A DNA stretch of 64,000 bases from a virus (taxonomy: Duplodnaviria; Caudoviricetes). The notes beneath the pieces are model-generated. The model had not been told where the DNA came from. It ran no database searches and saw nothing but the letters and a program-made list of their open reading frames with translations. Both the position numbers and the translations under genes were made by a program. Positions 8,264-17,590 of the stretch are shown here, piece by piece (within the stretch, counting starts at the first letter, position 1; the number at the start of each line of letters is the position of its first letter). The stretch covers positions 1 to 64,000 of IMG/VR virus record IMGVR_UViG_2773857766_000003. The stretch is one strand, 5' to 3'.

Positions 8264-9621
8264 TTAATGGACTTGAGGGGATTCCCGGCTCCGGGAAAAG
8301 CTATGAGGCCGTGGCATACCATGTATTGCCTCAGCTTAAGCAGGGTCGTAAGGTCATAACCAATTTGCCATTATTGGTTGACATGTTTGCCGCTATCGAC
8401 CCGTCTTACGCCAATTTAATAGAAATTCGCCGAAAGCCGGGTAACGTTCTCGGTGTATGGGATCCCGATGCGGTGGATGAAGACGGTAATGGTGAAGCCT
8501 TCCGGATTGTTGAAAATCTTGATCCAGACTCGGATTTGGTAAAGCGCAATTTGCCCGTTTTCTCTCCACATGAAGGCGCAACGGTTTTTGGCACCGTTTG
8601 GTGTTATTACTCGACATGGAAGCATCCGGAAACTGGGCAAGGGCCATTGTTCATTGTGGATGAATGCCACGTCCCGTTGCCAGCGACAGGAACCTCTAAG
8701 GAGGTTGTGGAGTGGTACAAATTGCACCGACACTTCAATGTCGATGTGCTTTTGATGACTCAGTCATTCAGGGATGCTAATCAGCCTATTGCGCGAATTA
8801 TCGGCATGCTGATTACTTGCAGAAAAGCGGATGTCCTTGGAAAGAAAGATTCCTATATTCGCAAGGTTAAATCTGGTTATCGTGGGGCAGTGATTAGCAC
8901 GGAAATTCGGCCGTATAAGCCCGAATATTTTAAACTGTATAAAAGCCACACTCAGGGAAATAGCGTTGCTGAATCTGCCGCTGGGGATGTGTCTCCATTC
9001 ATCGTCAAATTCAAACGCTTTACATGGGCGTTTTGGGCGCTAACTGTCGTCGTCCTGGTCTGGGCTTTCTGGCCGAGTTCTCCGGCGCCTTCGGCTTCAA
9101 AGTCAGTTCGTGCAGTCCCTTTAGGTGATCCGGTGAAACCCGCCGTCGCGGCTGGCGTCGTGCTGCCTGTGCGTGCGGATGTTGCACCACTTCCTGAGGC
9201 TGCTGCCTCGGCGGATGCTGGCCCGCCTGAGCCCTATGGTTCCAAGGGCTTGCATCTCACTGGCCGTATCCAAATGGGTTCGCTGGTCGTGTATACGTTC
9301 GTCGTGTCTATGGGCGGGCAGCGTATCGCCTCAATTGACAGTCGCGATCTTGCTGCTGCTGGCTACAAATGGGAGCCATTGACCGACTGTGCAGGCACGC
9401 TCCGGTGGCGCACAAAGGCCACTGCAGTGACATGTGACGCGCCTGTAATGGCGCAGGGATCGACCGATAAGCCGGTCGTCCTGGAGGTGCCTGCCGGTGG
9501 TGGGGCGCCTGTGGGTAGCAGCGTGCGCAGCATTCCTCTGCCTCCCGCACGTGCTGCCAATGCTGACCAAATATCTATCGGTGATGTCGTGGCTCAGGCA
9601 AGGGCTGGAACTCTGCCCTGA
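8260..9621 (+). CDS. zot: Zot-like assembly ATPase (pI)
   Basis: Walker A GIPGSGKS, Walker B FIVDECH, HRH, YKSH, followed by a TM helix. Confidence 0.93.
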   Translation: MINGLEGIPGSGKSYEAVAYHVLPQLKQGRKVITNLPLLVDMFAAIDPSYANLIEIRRKPGNVLGVWDPDAVDEDGNGEAFRIVENLDPDSDLVKRNLPVFSPHEGATVFGTVWCYYSTWKHPETGQGPLFIVDECHVPLPATGTSKEVVEWYKLHRHFNVDVLLMTQSFRDANQPIARIIGMLITCRKADVLGKKDSYIRKVKSGYRGAVISTEIRPYKPEYFKLYKSHTQGNSVAESAAGDVSPFIVKFKRFTWAFWALTVVVLVWAFWPSSPAPSASKSVRAVPLGDPVKPAVAAGVVLPVRADVAPLPEAAASADAGPPEPYGSKGLHLTGRIQMGSLVVYTFVVSMGGQRIASIDSRDLAAAGYKWEPLTDCAGTLRWRTKATAVTCDAPVMAQGSTDKPVVLEVPAGGGAPVGSSVRSIPLPPARAANADQISIGDVVAQARAGTLP

Positions 9622-9723
9622 CGCATATGCAAAATGTGGCTATCCAAAGGGAGGTACCACATGGGCATGCTGAAGTTGCCCCGGTTTGACGGACACCTTA
9701 CGCTGTAGAGCAAGGAGTTCGAA

Positions 9724-10047
9724 ATGGGCAAGACAAGGCCGCCGTATCCGGCGGAGTTCCGAGAGCAGATAGTGGAGTTGGTGCGAGCTGGGAGAACCCC
9801 AGCAGAGCTGGCTCGCGAGTTTGACGTGACCGCGCAGACCATTGCCAACTGGGTGGGTGCCGCTGGTGGTCAAGCGTCGCGAAGCCAGGCGACGGCAGGT
9901 GCGCTCACCGGGAGCGAACGCGAGGAGCTGGCCAGGCTGCGCCGGCAGTTGCGGCAAGTGCAGATGGAGCGCGACATCCTGGCAAAGGCTACGGCCTGGT
10001 TCGCCGCCAAGAGCGACAAGACGTTCACGCCGTCTTCGAACTCGTGA
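9724..10047 (+). CDS. IS3 transposase OrfA
   Basis: HTH plus leucine zipper (ERDILAKA). Confidence 0.93.
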   Translation: MGKTRPPYPAEFREQIVELVRAGRTPAELAREFDVTAQTIANWVGAAGGQASRSQATAGALTGSEREELARLRRQLRQVQMERDILAKATAWFAAKSDKTFTPSSNS

Positions 10048-10937
10048 ACGCGAACCAGGCCGACTTCCCCGTTCGGACGATGTGCCGGGTGCTGGGCGTG
10101 TCCCACAGCGGCTTCTACGACTGGCGGCACCGAGCGCCAAGCCAGCGCGCGATGGAGGACATGGTGCTCACCGAGCGGATCAGGCAGGTGCACGCCGAGT
10201 CCCGCGAGACCTACGGCCAGCCACGCGTGCGGGCCGAGTTGGCCGCACAGGGCGTGCGCGTCGCAGGCAAGCGGATCGCCCGCCTCATGCGCCAGGCAGG
10301 CCTGCAGGGGATCAGCAAACGACGGGCGACCACGGTGACCACGCGGCGTGACCCACGCGAGCGTCCAGCGGCGGACCTCGTGATGCGACGCTTCCGCGCC
10401 GAGCGAGCGAACCAGCTGTGGGTGGCCGACATGACCTATGTGCCGACGTGGGCAGGCTTCGTCTACCTGGCGGTGGTGATGGACGTCTTCAGCCGGCGCA
10501 TCGTCGGCTGGTCGATGGGAGAGCGCATGACCGCGCAACTCGTGCTGGCGGCGCTGAACATGGCATTGGCCCGACGCAAGCCCCAGGGTGTCATCCACCA
10601 CTCGGACCAGGGCAGCCAGTACACCAGCCTGGCGTTCGGGCAACGCTGCGCCGAGATGGGTGTGCGCCCGTCGATGGGCAGTGTGGGTGACGCGTACGAC
10701 AACGCCATGGCCGAGAGCTTCTTCGCCACGCTCGAATGCGAGCTGATCGAGCGGCGCAGCTTCCGATCGAAGGCGGAGGCGAAGGCCGCGGTGTTCAGCT
10801 ACATCGAGGGCTGGTACAACCCGCGCCGACGCCACTCCGCGCTGAGCTACCACTCACCCGTGGAGTTCGAGCGCCGCGTCGTCGCCGAGGCGTGTCAGGC
10901 AACGGAGATCAACGAGAGAGACCAAATCCCGGCTTGA
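10044..10937 (+). CDS. IS3 transposase OrfB (DDE)
   Basis: WVADMTY, HHSDQGSQY, NAMAESFF. Confidence 0.95.
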   Translation: MNANQADFPVRTMCRVLGVSHSGFYDWRHRAPSQRAMEDMVLTERIRQVHAESRETYGQPRVRAELAAQGVRVAGKRIARLMRQAGLQGISKRRATTVTTRRDPRERPAADLVMRRFRAERANQLWVADMTYVPTWAGFVYLAVVMDVFSRRIVGWSMGERMTAQLVLAALNMALARRKPQGVIHHSDQGSQYTSLAFGQRCAEMGVRPSMGSVGDAYDNAMAESFFATLECELIERRSFRSKAEAKAAVFSYIEGWYNPRRRHSALSYHSPVEFERRVVAEACQATEINERDQIPA

Positions 10938-10977
10938 GAATCAAGCCGATAACCGTCCGTGGAAGCGGGACAACTTC

Positions 10978-11181
10978 ATGCAGGATCGGGATTACTACAA
11001 AGAGTGGTGGCGGGAAAGGAATCGCCGGCCGGACAGGTTTGCGTGGCTGCGGCGCTGGGTTCGTCGTCGTAGGTCTGTTGATGTGCTGACGCCGTGGCAG
11101 CGCAATGGGCGGGCTGCGTTGGGGCTGCTAGTGGTCTGCATGCTGCTTGTGCTTGCCCGGCGTGTCGTGCTTGCGTGGTAG
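10978..11181 (+). CDS. Small Arg-rich membrane protein, separated from its first codons and RBS by the IS
   Basis: Pre-insertion sequence reads GGAGG..ATG GGC ATG CAG GAT CGG from 9661; one C-terminal TM helix. Confidence 0.65.
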   Translation: MQDRDYYKEWWRERNRRPDRFAWLRRWVRRRRSVDVLTPWQRNGRAALGLLVVCMLLVLARRVVLAW

Positions 11182-11201
11182 GCGTTTTTGCTCTGCTGAC
11201 T

Positions 11202-11224
11202 AGCGGCCCTTTTGGGCCGTTTTT
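11202..11224 (+). terminator. Rho-independent terminator
   Basis: CGGCCC-TTTT-GGGCCG followed by a T run. Confidence 0.6.
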
Positions 11225-11300
11225 CTTGCCGTCGCTACCGTGCCATTGCCGTCAAAACTTGGAGTTACGTTCCCGGAACGAAAACACTATGGAGGGTTGA

Positions 11301-11894
11301 ATGAGTCGGTTAGTCGGGTATGCGCGCGTCAGCACTAGGGAGCAGGAGACTGCGATGCAGCTTGCGGCGTTGCGGGCTGCTGGGGTGGGCGTGGTGTATG
11401 AAGAGCAGGCCAGTGCAGTGCGCCAGCGGCCGGTATGGGAGCAGTGTTTAGCTGCCCTCAAAAGAGGCGATGTGTTGGTGGTCTATAAGCTCGATCGGCT
11501 GGCGCGGTCCACGTCTCATTTCGTCACCACGTTTGACTTGTTGCGAGCTCGTGGCGTTGGGTTCCGGAGCCTGACCGAAGCGATTGAAACTGTGACGCCT
11601 CAGGGGCGCATGTACCTACAACTATTGGCAGTGTTCGCGGAGTTTGAGCGGGAGTTGATCAGGGAGCGCTGCGTAGCTGGGCAGCGTGCCGCGCGGGCGG
11701 CTGGGAAGACCTGGGGGCGTAAGGCCCAGTTAACGCGGGAAGAGGTGGCTCTCGCCGTTCAGGCGTGGCGCAGTGGGTGGTACACCCAAGAAGTATTGGC
11801 GGCCATGCTGGGCGTGCCTGTCGGCACGTTGCGGTACCACGTCCATCGCCATGAGGGCCGCGGGCGGCATGGGGCTTGGAGCACAGATAAGTGA
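11301..11894 (+). CDS. Serine recombinase (resolvase/invertase), probable inovirus 1 integrase; stop codon supplied by the IS
   Basis: GYARVST, KLDRLARS, AEFERELIRER, C-terminal HTH; TGA 11892-11894 is the IS end. Confidence 0.92.
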   Translation: MSRLVGYARVSTREQETAMQLAALRAAGVGVVYEEQASAVRQRPVWEQCLAALKRGDVLVVYKLDRLARSTSHFVTTFDLLRARGVGFRSLTEAIETVTPQGRMYLQLLAVFAEFERELIRERCVAGQRAARAAGKTWGRKAQLTREEVALAVQAWRSGWYTQEVLAAMLGVPVGTLRYHVHRHEGRGRHGAWSTDK

Positions 11895-11932
11895 AGTTGT
11901 CCCGCTTCCACGGACGGTTATCGGCTTGATTC

Positions 11933-12826
11933 TCAAGCCGGGATTTGGTCTCTCTCGTTGATCTCCGTTGCCTGACACGCCTCGGCGACGACGCGGCGCT
12001 CGAACTCCACGGGTGAGTGGTAGCTCAGCGCGGAGTGGCGTCGGCGCGGGTTGTACCAGCCCTCGATGTAGCTGAACACCGCGGCCTTCGCCTCCGCCTT
12101 CGATCGGAAGCTGCGCCGCTCGATCAGCTCGCATTCGAGCGTGGCGAAGAAGCTCTCGGCCATGGCGTTGTCGTACGCGTCACCCACACTGCCCATCGAC
12201 GGGCGCACACCCATCTCGGCGCAGCGTTGCCCGAACGCCAGGCTGGTGTACTGGCTGCCCTGGTCCGAGTGGTGGATGACACCCTGGGGCTTGCGTCGGG
12301 CCAATGCCATGTTCAGCGCCGCCAGCACGAGTTGCGCGGTCATGCGCTCTCCCATCGACCAGCCGACGATGCGCCGGCTGAAGACGTCCATCACCACCGC
12401 CAGGTAGACGAAGCCTGCCCACGTCGGCACATAGGTCATGTCGGCCACCCACAGCTGGTTCGCTCGCTCGGCGCGGAAGCGTCGCATCACGAGGTCCGCC
12501 GCTGGACGCTCGCGTGGGTCACGCCGCGTGGTCACCGTGGTCGCCCGTCGTTTGCTGATCCCCTGCAGGCCTGCCTGGCGCATGAGGCGGGCGATCCGCT
12601 TGCCTGCGACGCGCACGCCCTGTGCGGCCAACTCGGCCCGCACGCGTGGCTGGCCGTAGGTCTCGCGGGACTCGGCGTGCACCTGCCTGATCCGCTCGGT
12701 GAGCACCATGTCCTCCATCGCGCGCTGGCTTGGCGCTCGGTGCCGCCAGTCGTAGAAGCCGCTGTGGGACACGCCCAGCACCCGGCACATCGTCCGAACG
12801 GGGAAGTCGGCCTGGTTCGCGTTCAC
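11933..12826 (-). CDS. IS3 transposase OrfB (DDE)
   Basis: Translation identical to 10044..10937. Confidence 0.95.
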   Translation of the reverse strand: MNANQADFPVRTMCRVLGVSHSGFYDWRHRAPSQRAMEDMVLTERIRQVHAESRETYGQPRVRAELAAQGVRVAGKRIARLMRQAGLQGISKRRATTVTTRRDPRERPAADLVMRRFRAERANQLWVADMTYVPTWAGFVYLAVVMDVFSRRIVGWSMGERMTAQLVLAALNMALARRKPQGVIHHSDQGSQYTSLAFGQRCAEMGVRPSMGSVGDAYDNAMAESFFATLECELIERRSFRSKAEAKAAVFSYIEGWYNPRRRHSALSYHSPVEFERRVVAEACQATEINERDQIPA

Positions 12827-13146
12827 GAGTTCGAAGACGGCGTGAACGTCTTGTCGCTCTTGGCGGCGAACCAGGCCGTAGCCTTTGCCAGGATGTCGCG
12901 CTCCATCTGCACTTGCCGCAACTGCCGGCGCAGCCTGGCCAGCTCCTCGCGTTCGCTCCCGGTGAGCGCACCTGCCGTCGCCTGGCTTCGCGACGCTTGA
13001 CCACCAGCGGCACCCACCCAGTTGGCAATGGTCTGCGCGGTCACGTCAAACTCGCGAGCCAGCTCTGCTGGGGTTCTCCCAGCTCGCACCAACTCCACTA
13101 TCTGCTCTCGGAACTCCGCCGGATACGGCGGCCTTGTCTTGCCCAT
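12823..13146 (-). CDS. IS3 transposase OrfA
   Basis: Translation identical to 9724..10047. Confidence 0.93.
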   Translation of the reverse strand: MGKTRPPYPAEFREQIVELVRAGRTPAELAREFDVTAQTIANWVGAAGGQASRSQATAGALTGSEREELARLRRQLRQVQMERDILAKATAWFAAKSDKTFTPSSNS

Positions 13147-13199
13147 TTCGAACTCCTTGCTCTACAGCGTAAGGTGTCCGTCAAACCGGGGCAACTTCA

Positions 13200-13672
13200 G
13201 CTCGGTACTCCGCGACCGCCGCCGCCTCATCCTCCGCGCTCAGCGCTCGCACTCTGCCCGGGTGCCTCCCCCTCTCCCTCGCCGCCAGCTGGCCGGCAAT
13301 CGACCTCTCCCTGATCATCGACCGTTCCAACTGAGCGACGGCGCCGAGGATCTGCACCACGAACACCCCCATGCTGTTTGTGGTGTCCAACGGCTCCGTA
13401 ACGCTCTTGATGGTGGCGCCCACCCTCTCCAGCTGACGCAGGATCTCAAGGAGGTCAAAAAGGCTGCGCGCTATCCGGTCGATCTTGTAGACCACCAGGA
13501 CGTCGCCCTTGACCAGGCTGGCCAGGCAGCGCGCCAGTTCTTGCCGGCCACGCCTGGAAGCGCCGCTGGCCTTCTCTTGGTAGATCCTCTCGCAGCCAGC
13601 CTTGCCAAGCGCGTCCAGCTGGAGCGCCGTGTCCTGGTCTTGTGTGCTGACTCTTGCATATCCGATAAGCAT
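13200..13672 (-). pseudogene. Serine recombinase truncated by IS copy 2 (HTH lost)
   Basis: GYARVST, KIDRIARS; frame enters the IS after AVAEYRA. Confidence 0.88.
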
Positions 13673-13966
13673 TTAGGTCCCTTTCTGTGGGGACCGGAAT
13701 GTAGGGCTGCGCCACGGGGAGCGCTGTCGCGCCAATACCGGTTTATCAAGCACGAGTGATCGCCGAGGTTGCCTGCAGGCAGCGCCTCGCGGCGATCACA
13801 GGCTGACGCAAGAAGGCCCCGAACTGCCGCCAGGCAGGCCGAGGCCTTGGGAGTGGTGAACGGGGCGCGCTAGGGCCGCTCTGGGCCTTGCGCGGGGCAT
13901 GTCGCGCGTGACAGGTCTACATGGGGCGCCGCCCCATACCCCGGAGCTGGTCAACGACGGCCAGCA

Positions 13967-14146
13967 TCATGAAAGCACCTTGGCAATGGTGCTGACGAGG
14001 ACGCCAAGCGGCAGCAAGGCGAGCCCGGTCCAGAAAAGCATAGAGGTGATCGGACTCCTCCGGCCCTCGAACTTTTCAACGAAGGCGCGAGAGAAAGCGA
14101 AAGCCCACAGCACCAGAGCCGACAGAAAGAAAATCTCAACGATCAT
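13967..14146 (-). CDS. 59-aa two-TM membrane protein after zot (not in the ORF track)
   Basis: GGGGAGG RBS; MIVEIFFLSALVLWAFAFSRAF...LFWTGLALLPLGVLVSTIAKVLS. Confidence 0.65.
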   Translation of the reverse strand: MIVEIFFLSALVLWAFAFSRAFVEKFEGRRSPITSMLFWTGLALLPLGVLVSTIAKVLS

Positions 14147-14170
14147 TTTTACCTCCCCAAGTTGGGGATG

Positions 14171-15607
14171 CTACTGCGCCACCGGGAGCGTGCCCGTGCG
14201 GGCCTGGTGGACCACATCGGCCACGGTCACGGTGTTGCTTGGCTGATCGCGCAGATCTGGGACAGGCACAGTGCGGACCATGGCCTGCTCGGCCTGCGCC
14301 TGGGCCTTGCGGGAGACGCCAGCCACCGCCATGCCGACCTGCGGGAGGTCGCAGATCACGGAGCGAGCAGTGCCCCGCCAGGTCACCACCGCGGCGCAGT
14401 CCGCCAGGCGCTGGAACTTGTAGCCCATAGTGACCAGGTCAGCGTCCGTGACCGTGAAAACCGGTTGACCGTTTTGGGACACCGCGATGACGCAAGACGA
14501 CTTGCCGCCCATGGTCATGCAGCCGGCGAGGTGCAAGCCGCGCGCCTCCATGGGCTCAAGAGGGCCTGCAGGGACGACCACGGCAGCAAGCGACGAGGCA
14601 GCAGGAGCCGAGGCGGCGACTGTCTGAGCTCCAGCTGGAGCAGCAGTGGCCACGACGGCCTGCGGGCGGGCTGCAGGGGACGCAGAGGCAGTTGGATCCA
14701 CCAGCTTGCCACCCTGCATAACCATGAGCTTTGCCGGCTGTTGCACTGGCTTTTTGGGCTCCGGCGCAGGGCCGAAAATCTGCCAGCCCAACCAGATGAA
14801 GCCCACGCCGGACAGCGCGAACATGATGCGCGAGGCACGACGCCATTTGACCGTGGACGGGGCGACATCCTGCGCGGCAGCTTCGATCACCGCAGCGCCC
14901 TGCGTATGGCTCTTGTAGAAGCCGAAGAACTCGGGCTTGTAGGGCCGAATGTCACTGGACACCTCGCCACCGCGCAGGCCGGCGAAGACCTTGCGGACAT
15001 ACTCGTTCGGGCGGCCCAGGAAGGCGACTTTGCGCACGCGGATGTGCATCTCGGCCAGGCCGGCGACGTCCTCTTCGAGAGCGCGCATGCGCTGGGTCAT
15101 GAGCAGCACGTCGGCGCCGAAATGCCGGCTGATCTTGAACCACTGGATGACCTCATCGGGCGTCATCTTGCCCTTGCGCAACTGCTCGCGAGGGAAAGAC
15201 ACATGGCACTCGTCGATGACGTAGAGCGGGCCAATGTTGCCCTCGCCGCGCCAGGTGTCGTAGAAGTCCCAAACGCCAGCGAACAGGCGCTGATTGGACG
15301 GTGGAGGCACAGCCGGCAAGCCCTTGTGCGTGAGCTCGGGCACCACGCCATCGGGGAAGGTTCCGACCAGGTAGGCGGGCTCACCGCGGTTGGCGGCCTC
15401 CGCATCCCATGACCCAAGCACCGGCTGAGGGCCGCGGCGGATTTCCAGGAGCTCGGCCCAGTCCGGATTCACAGCGCGGATCGCCTCCAGGTTAAGGGGC
15501 AGGTTGGTCACGACCTTGCGGCCGGACTTAAGGGCCGGAATGACGTGGTAGGCCACGGCCTCATAGCTCTTCCCCGACCCGGGGACGCCTTCGAGCAAAT
15601 TGATCAT
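14171..15607 (-). CDS. zot: Zot-like assembly ATPase (pI)
   Basis: MINLLEGVPGSGKS, VIDECH, YKSH; homologous to 8260..9621. Confidence 0.93.
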   Translation of the reverse strand: MINLLEGVPGSGKSYEAVAYHVIPALKSGRKVVTNLPLNLEAIRAVNPDWAELLEIRRGPQPVLGSWDAEAANRGEPAYLVGTFPDGVVPELTHKGLPAVPPPSNQRLFAGVWDFYDTWRGEGNIGPLYVIDECHVSFPREQLRKGKMTPDEVIQWFKISRHFGADVLLMTQRMRALEEDVAGLAEMHIRVRKVAFLGRPNEYVRKVFAGLRGGEVSSDIRPYKPEFFGFYKSHTQGAAVIEAAAQDVAPSTVKWRRASRIMFALSGVGFIWLGWQIFGPAPEPKKPVQQPAKLMVMQGGKLVDPTASASPAARPQAVVATAAPAGAQTVAASAPAASSLAAVVVPAGPLEPMEARGLHLAGCMTMGGKSSCVIAVSQNGQPVFTVTDADLVTMGYKFQRLADCAAVVTWRGTARSVICDLPQVGMAVAGVSRKAQAQAEQAMVRTVPVPDLRDQPSNTVTVADVVHQARTGTLPVAQ

Positions 15608-15987
15608 GATCCCAACCTCACGAACGGGATGAGCTGGAGCACCAGGCGGATGGCGATGGCCGCGGTGACGATGCCAAGGGCGGTGCCGAGGCCGATGGAC
15701 TGCAACACGGTGATAACGTCGGGCGGCACGAGCGCCCATGTCTTTGCTGCTTCGGCGGCCATAGCGTCAAGACCGGTGATGCCATCGAGTGCTGATTTCG
15801 CGAGGGAGAGGCACTGCTCGAAGGCCCAAAGAAACACGTCCTGCAGGAGCGTGAGCCCTGCCTTGAACATGCGCGGGAAGAGCTCGAAGAACCAGTCGAC
15901 GAACTGGTCCAGCTTGTCCACTACCTTCTGGATGCCCTTCACAACGGCGCTGATCGCCGCGGCTATACCCGAACTTTCTTCTGCCAT
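15604..15987 (-). CDS. Minor coat protein pVI-like
   Basis: Ends LQLIPFVRLGS as in 7928..8263. Confidence 0.85.
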   Translation of the reverse strand: MAEESSGIAAAISAVVKGIQKVVDKLDQFVDWFFELFPRMFKAGLTLLQDVFLWAFEQCLSLAKSALDGITGLDAMAAEAAKTWALVPPDVITVLQSIGLGTALGIVTAAIAIRLVLQLIPFVRLGS

Positions 15988-15989
15988 TT

Positions 15990-17354
15990 TTACCCTCCAA
16001 ACACGAGTGCGCGCGCGAGCCAGAGCGCGGTGATCAAGATGCACAGACGGATGAACGACCACACCATGGGAGGCGGGCTCACGTCGTAGGTGCCGAAGTT
16101 GACGATGCCGAGGTCCAGAGGCACGCGGAAGGACACGGGCGCGCCGTTGGTGTCGCGGATGGAAGGGGCAAAGGAGCCGGCCAACGTGGAAAGCTTGCCC
16201 TGTGAGCCGCCGAGACCGGATGCGTCCCACACGCCTTTGATGCCACCTGGATACTTGGTCTGGTAGAGGTCTGGCTGCTTGTGGTCTTTGCCACCAGTGA
16301 CGCTGCCAGGGTCGCCGCCATTCCCGCAGTTTTCCTTGCAGTCGCCACCGCCTGTGCCACCGCCTGTGCCACCGCCCGTGCCACCGCCTGTGCCTCCGCC
16401 TGTGCCGCCGCCCGTGCCACCGCCCGTGCCGCCGCCCGTGCCACCGCCCGTGCCACCGCCAGTGCCACCGCCCGTGCCACCGCCTGTGCCGCCGCCCGTG
16501 CCACCGCCCGTGCCACCGCCAGTGCCTCCGCCAGTGCCTCCGCCAGTGCCGCCGCCAGTACCGCCGCCAGTACCGCCGCCAGTACCGCCCCCAGTGCCAT
16601 CACCGGACCCGGTGCCGCCACCTGTACTACCACCAGTGCCACCGCCTGACCCGTCACCGGAACCAGTACCACCGCCAGTGCCGCCGCCAGTGCCGCCGCC
16701 CGTGCCGCCGCCCGTGCCGCCGCCTGTGCCGTCGCCGGACCCGGTACCGCCGCCAGTGCCACCGCCAGTGCTGCCACCGCTCCCCGAGTTGGGGACGCAG
16801 GCCTCAACGCCGTTGACGTAGCCACCGGACATGCCGGACGGGCATGGTGGCGGGTTGGTGGTGGGCGGATCGCCAGATGCGGAGCTGCACGATGCGCCGG
16901 TCAGCTTGCCGGACATGCGGGTCTTGTAGGTGCACGCGCTGGTGCCAGTGCCTGAGCACTCAAGCACGGGAGTAACGGCGCTCATGTCCGCCAGACAGCC
17001 CTGGACACAAGTCCTGAACGAGCCGCGAGAACCGGGGTAGTCGAGCTCGCCAGTTGACTCACCTGCTGTGCACGCGGTCTCTTCGCGGCCGACGGTCAAA
17101 CGATCGGTCCACGATCCATTTGCGCTGGAGGAGGAGATAGTGCAAACCGCAGTGGTAGCGAACTCCTGCACCGCAGAGACCGACGACGAAACGCCCGGAT
17201 TCGAAGATGCGTTCTTCGTTATGTGGGCCTGACAAGCAGCGGTCGCACTGGGGTACCAGGCGTCGCCATATTGGTACCGCACACCGGCGTTTGACGTGCC
17301 AACACCGGCCAGGAGCACGACCAGGAGAGACAAGAACTTTGACGATCTAAGCAT
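15990..17354 (-). CDS. Adsorption protein pIII-like with long GGGT linker
   Basis: Signal peptide, Cys-rich N domains, Gly-rich linker, anchor ARALVFGG. Confidence 0.9.
   Translation of the reverse strand: MLRSSKFLSLLVVLLAGVGTSNAGVRYQYGDAWYPSATAACQAHITKNASSNPGVSSSVSAVQEFATTAVCTISSSSANGSWTDRLTVGREETACTAGESTGELDYPGSRGSFRTCVQGCLADMSAVTPVLECSGTGTSACTYKTRMSGKLTGASCSSASGDPPTTNPPPCPSGMSGGYVNGVEACVPNSGSGGSTGGGTGGGTGSGDGTGGGTGGGTGGGTGGGTGGGTGSGDGSGGGTGGSTGGGTGSGDGTGGGTGGGTGGGTGGGTGGGTGGGTGGGTGGGTGGGTGGGTGGGTGGGTGGGTGGGTGGGTGGGTGGGTGGGTGGGTGGGTGGGDCKENCGNGGDPGSVTGGKDHKQPDLYQTKYPGGIKGVWDASGLGGSQGKLSTLAGSFAPSIRDTNGAPVSFRVPLDLGIVNFGTYDVSPPPMVWSFIRLCILITALWLARALVFGG
16344..16782 (-). repeat. 12-bp coding tandem repeat (GGGT)n in pIII
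   Basis: CCNCCNCCNGTN units on the + strand with third-position variation. Confidence 0.95.
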
Positions 17355-17445
17355 TGCGCACCTGCAGAGCAAAAACAAGGGCGCTGACCGCCCCAATCAC
17401 GGCCACCAGGGCCAGGAAGAGAGCGAGCAGCGCCCCTATCAGCAT
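17347..17445 (-). CDS. 32-aa hydrophobic minor coat protein (not in the ORF track)
   Basis: MLIGALLALFLALVAVIGAVSALVFALQVRNA; syntenic with 6389..6487. Confidence 0.7.
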   Translation of the reverse strand: MLIGALLALFLALVAVIGAVSALVFALQVRNA

Positions 17446-17455
17446 GGGCCTACCC

Positions 17456-17590
17456 TCAGGCCTTTTTCACGCCACGCTTGCCCAGGTCGATGCCCTTGAA
17501 GGCCATGTGGATGCCGATGACGGCGACACCGATGACACCCACGGCCGCGGCGACGGTCTTGAAATCCACTGCTGCAAAGATTGCGTCCAT
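17456..17590 (-). CDS. Major coat protein without signal peptide (44 aa)
   Basis: GGAG RBS before MDAIFAAVDF; AFKGIDLGKRGVKKA matches coat 1. Confidence 0.88.
   Translation of the reverse strand: MDAIFAAVDFKTVAAAVGVIGVAVIGIHMAFKGIDLGKRGVKKA

Larger units (their letters stand above)
9671..10978 (+). mobile_element. IS3-family element copy 1 (1308 bp) with 3-bp target duplication TGC
   Basis: TG...CA ends, IRs TGAAGTTGCCCCGG / TGAAGTTGTCCCGC; TGC at 9668-9670 and 10979-10981. Confidence 0.95.
1703..11891. mobile_element. Filamentous (inovirus-like) prophage 1, resolvase-encoding, interrupted by IS3
   Basis: Gene order repressor / Rep_trans / SSB / minor coat / pVIII / pIII / pVI / Zot / serine recombinase. 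Boundaries approximate. Confidence 0.92.
11892..13199 (-). mobile_element. IS3-family element copy 2 (1308 bp), inverted, no target duplication
   Basis: Same ends and same OrfA/OrfB translations as copy 1; flanks AAG and GCT differ. Confidence 0.95.

Noticed and set aside
8260-9621. Zot as a virulence toxin
   Set aside because: Context identifies it as the inovirus assembly ATPase; no evidence of a toxin domain.
16344-16782. GC-rich tandem repeat as CRISPR or non-coding VNTR
   Set aside because: It is an in-frame GGGT coding linker with third-position variation.
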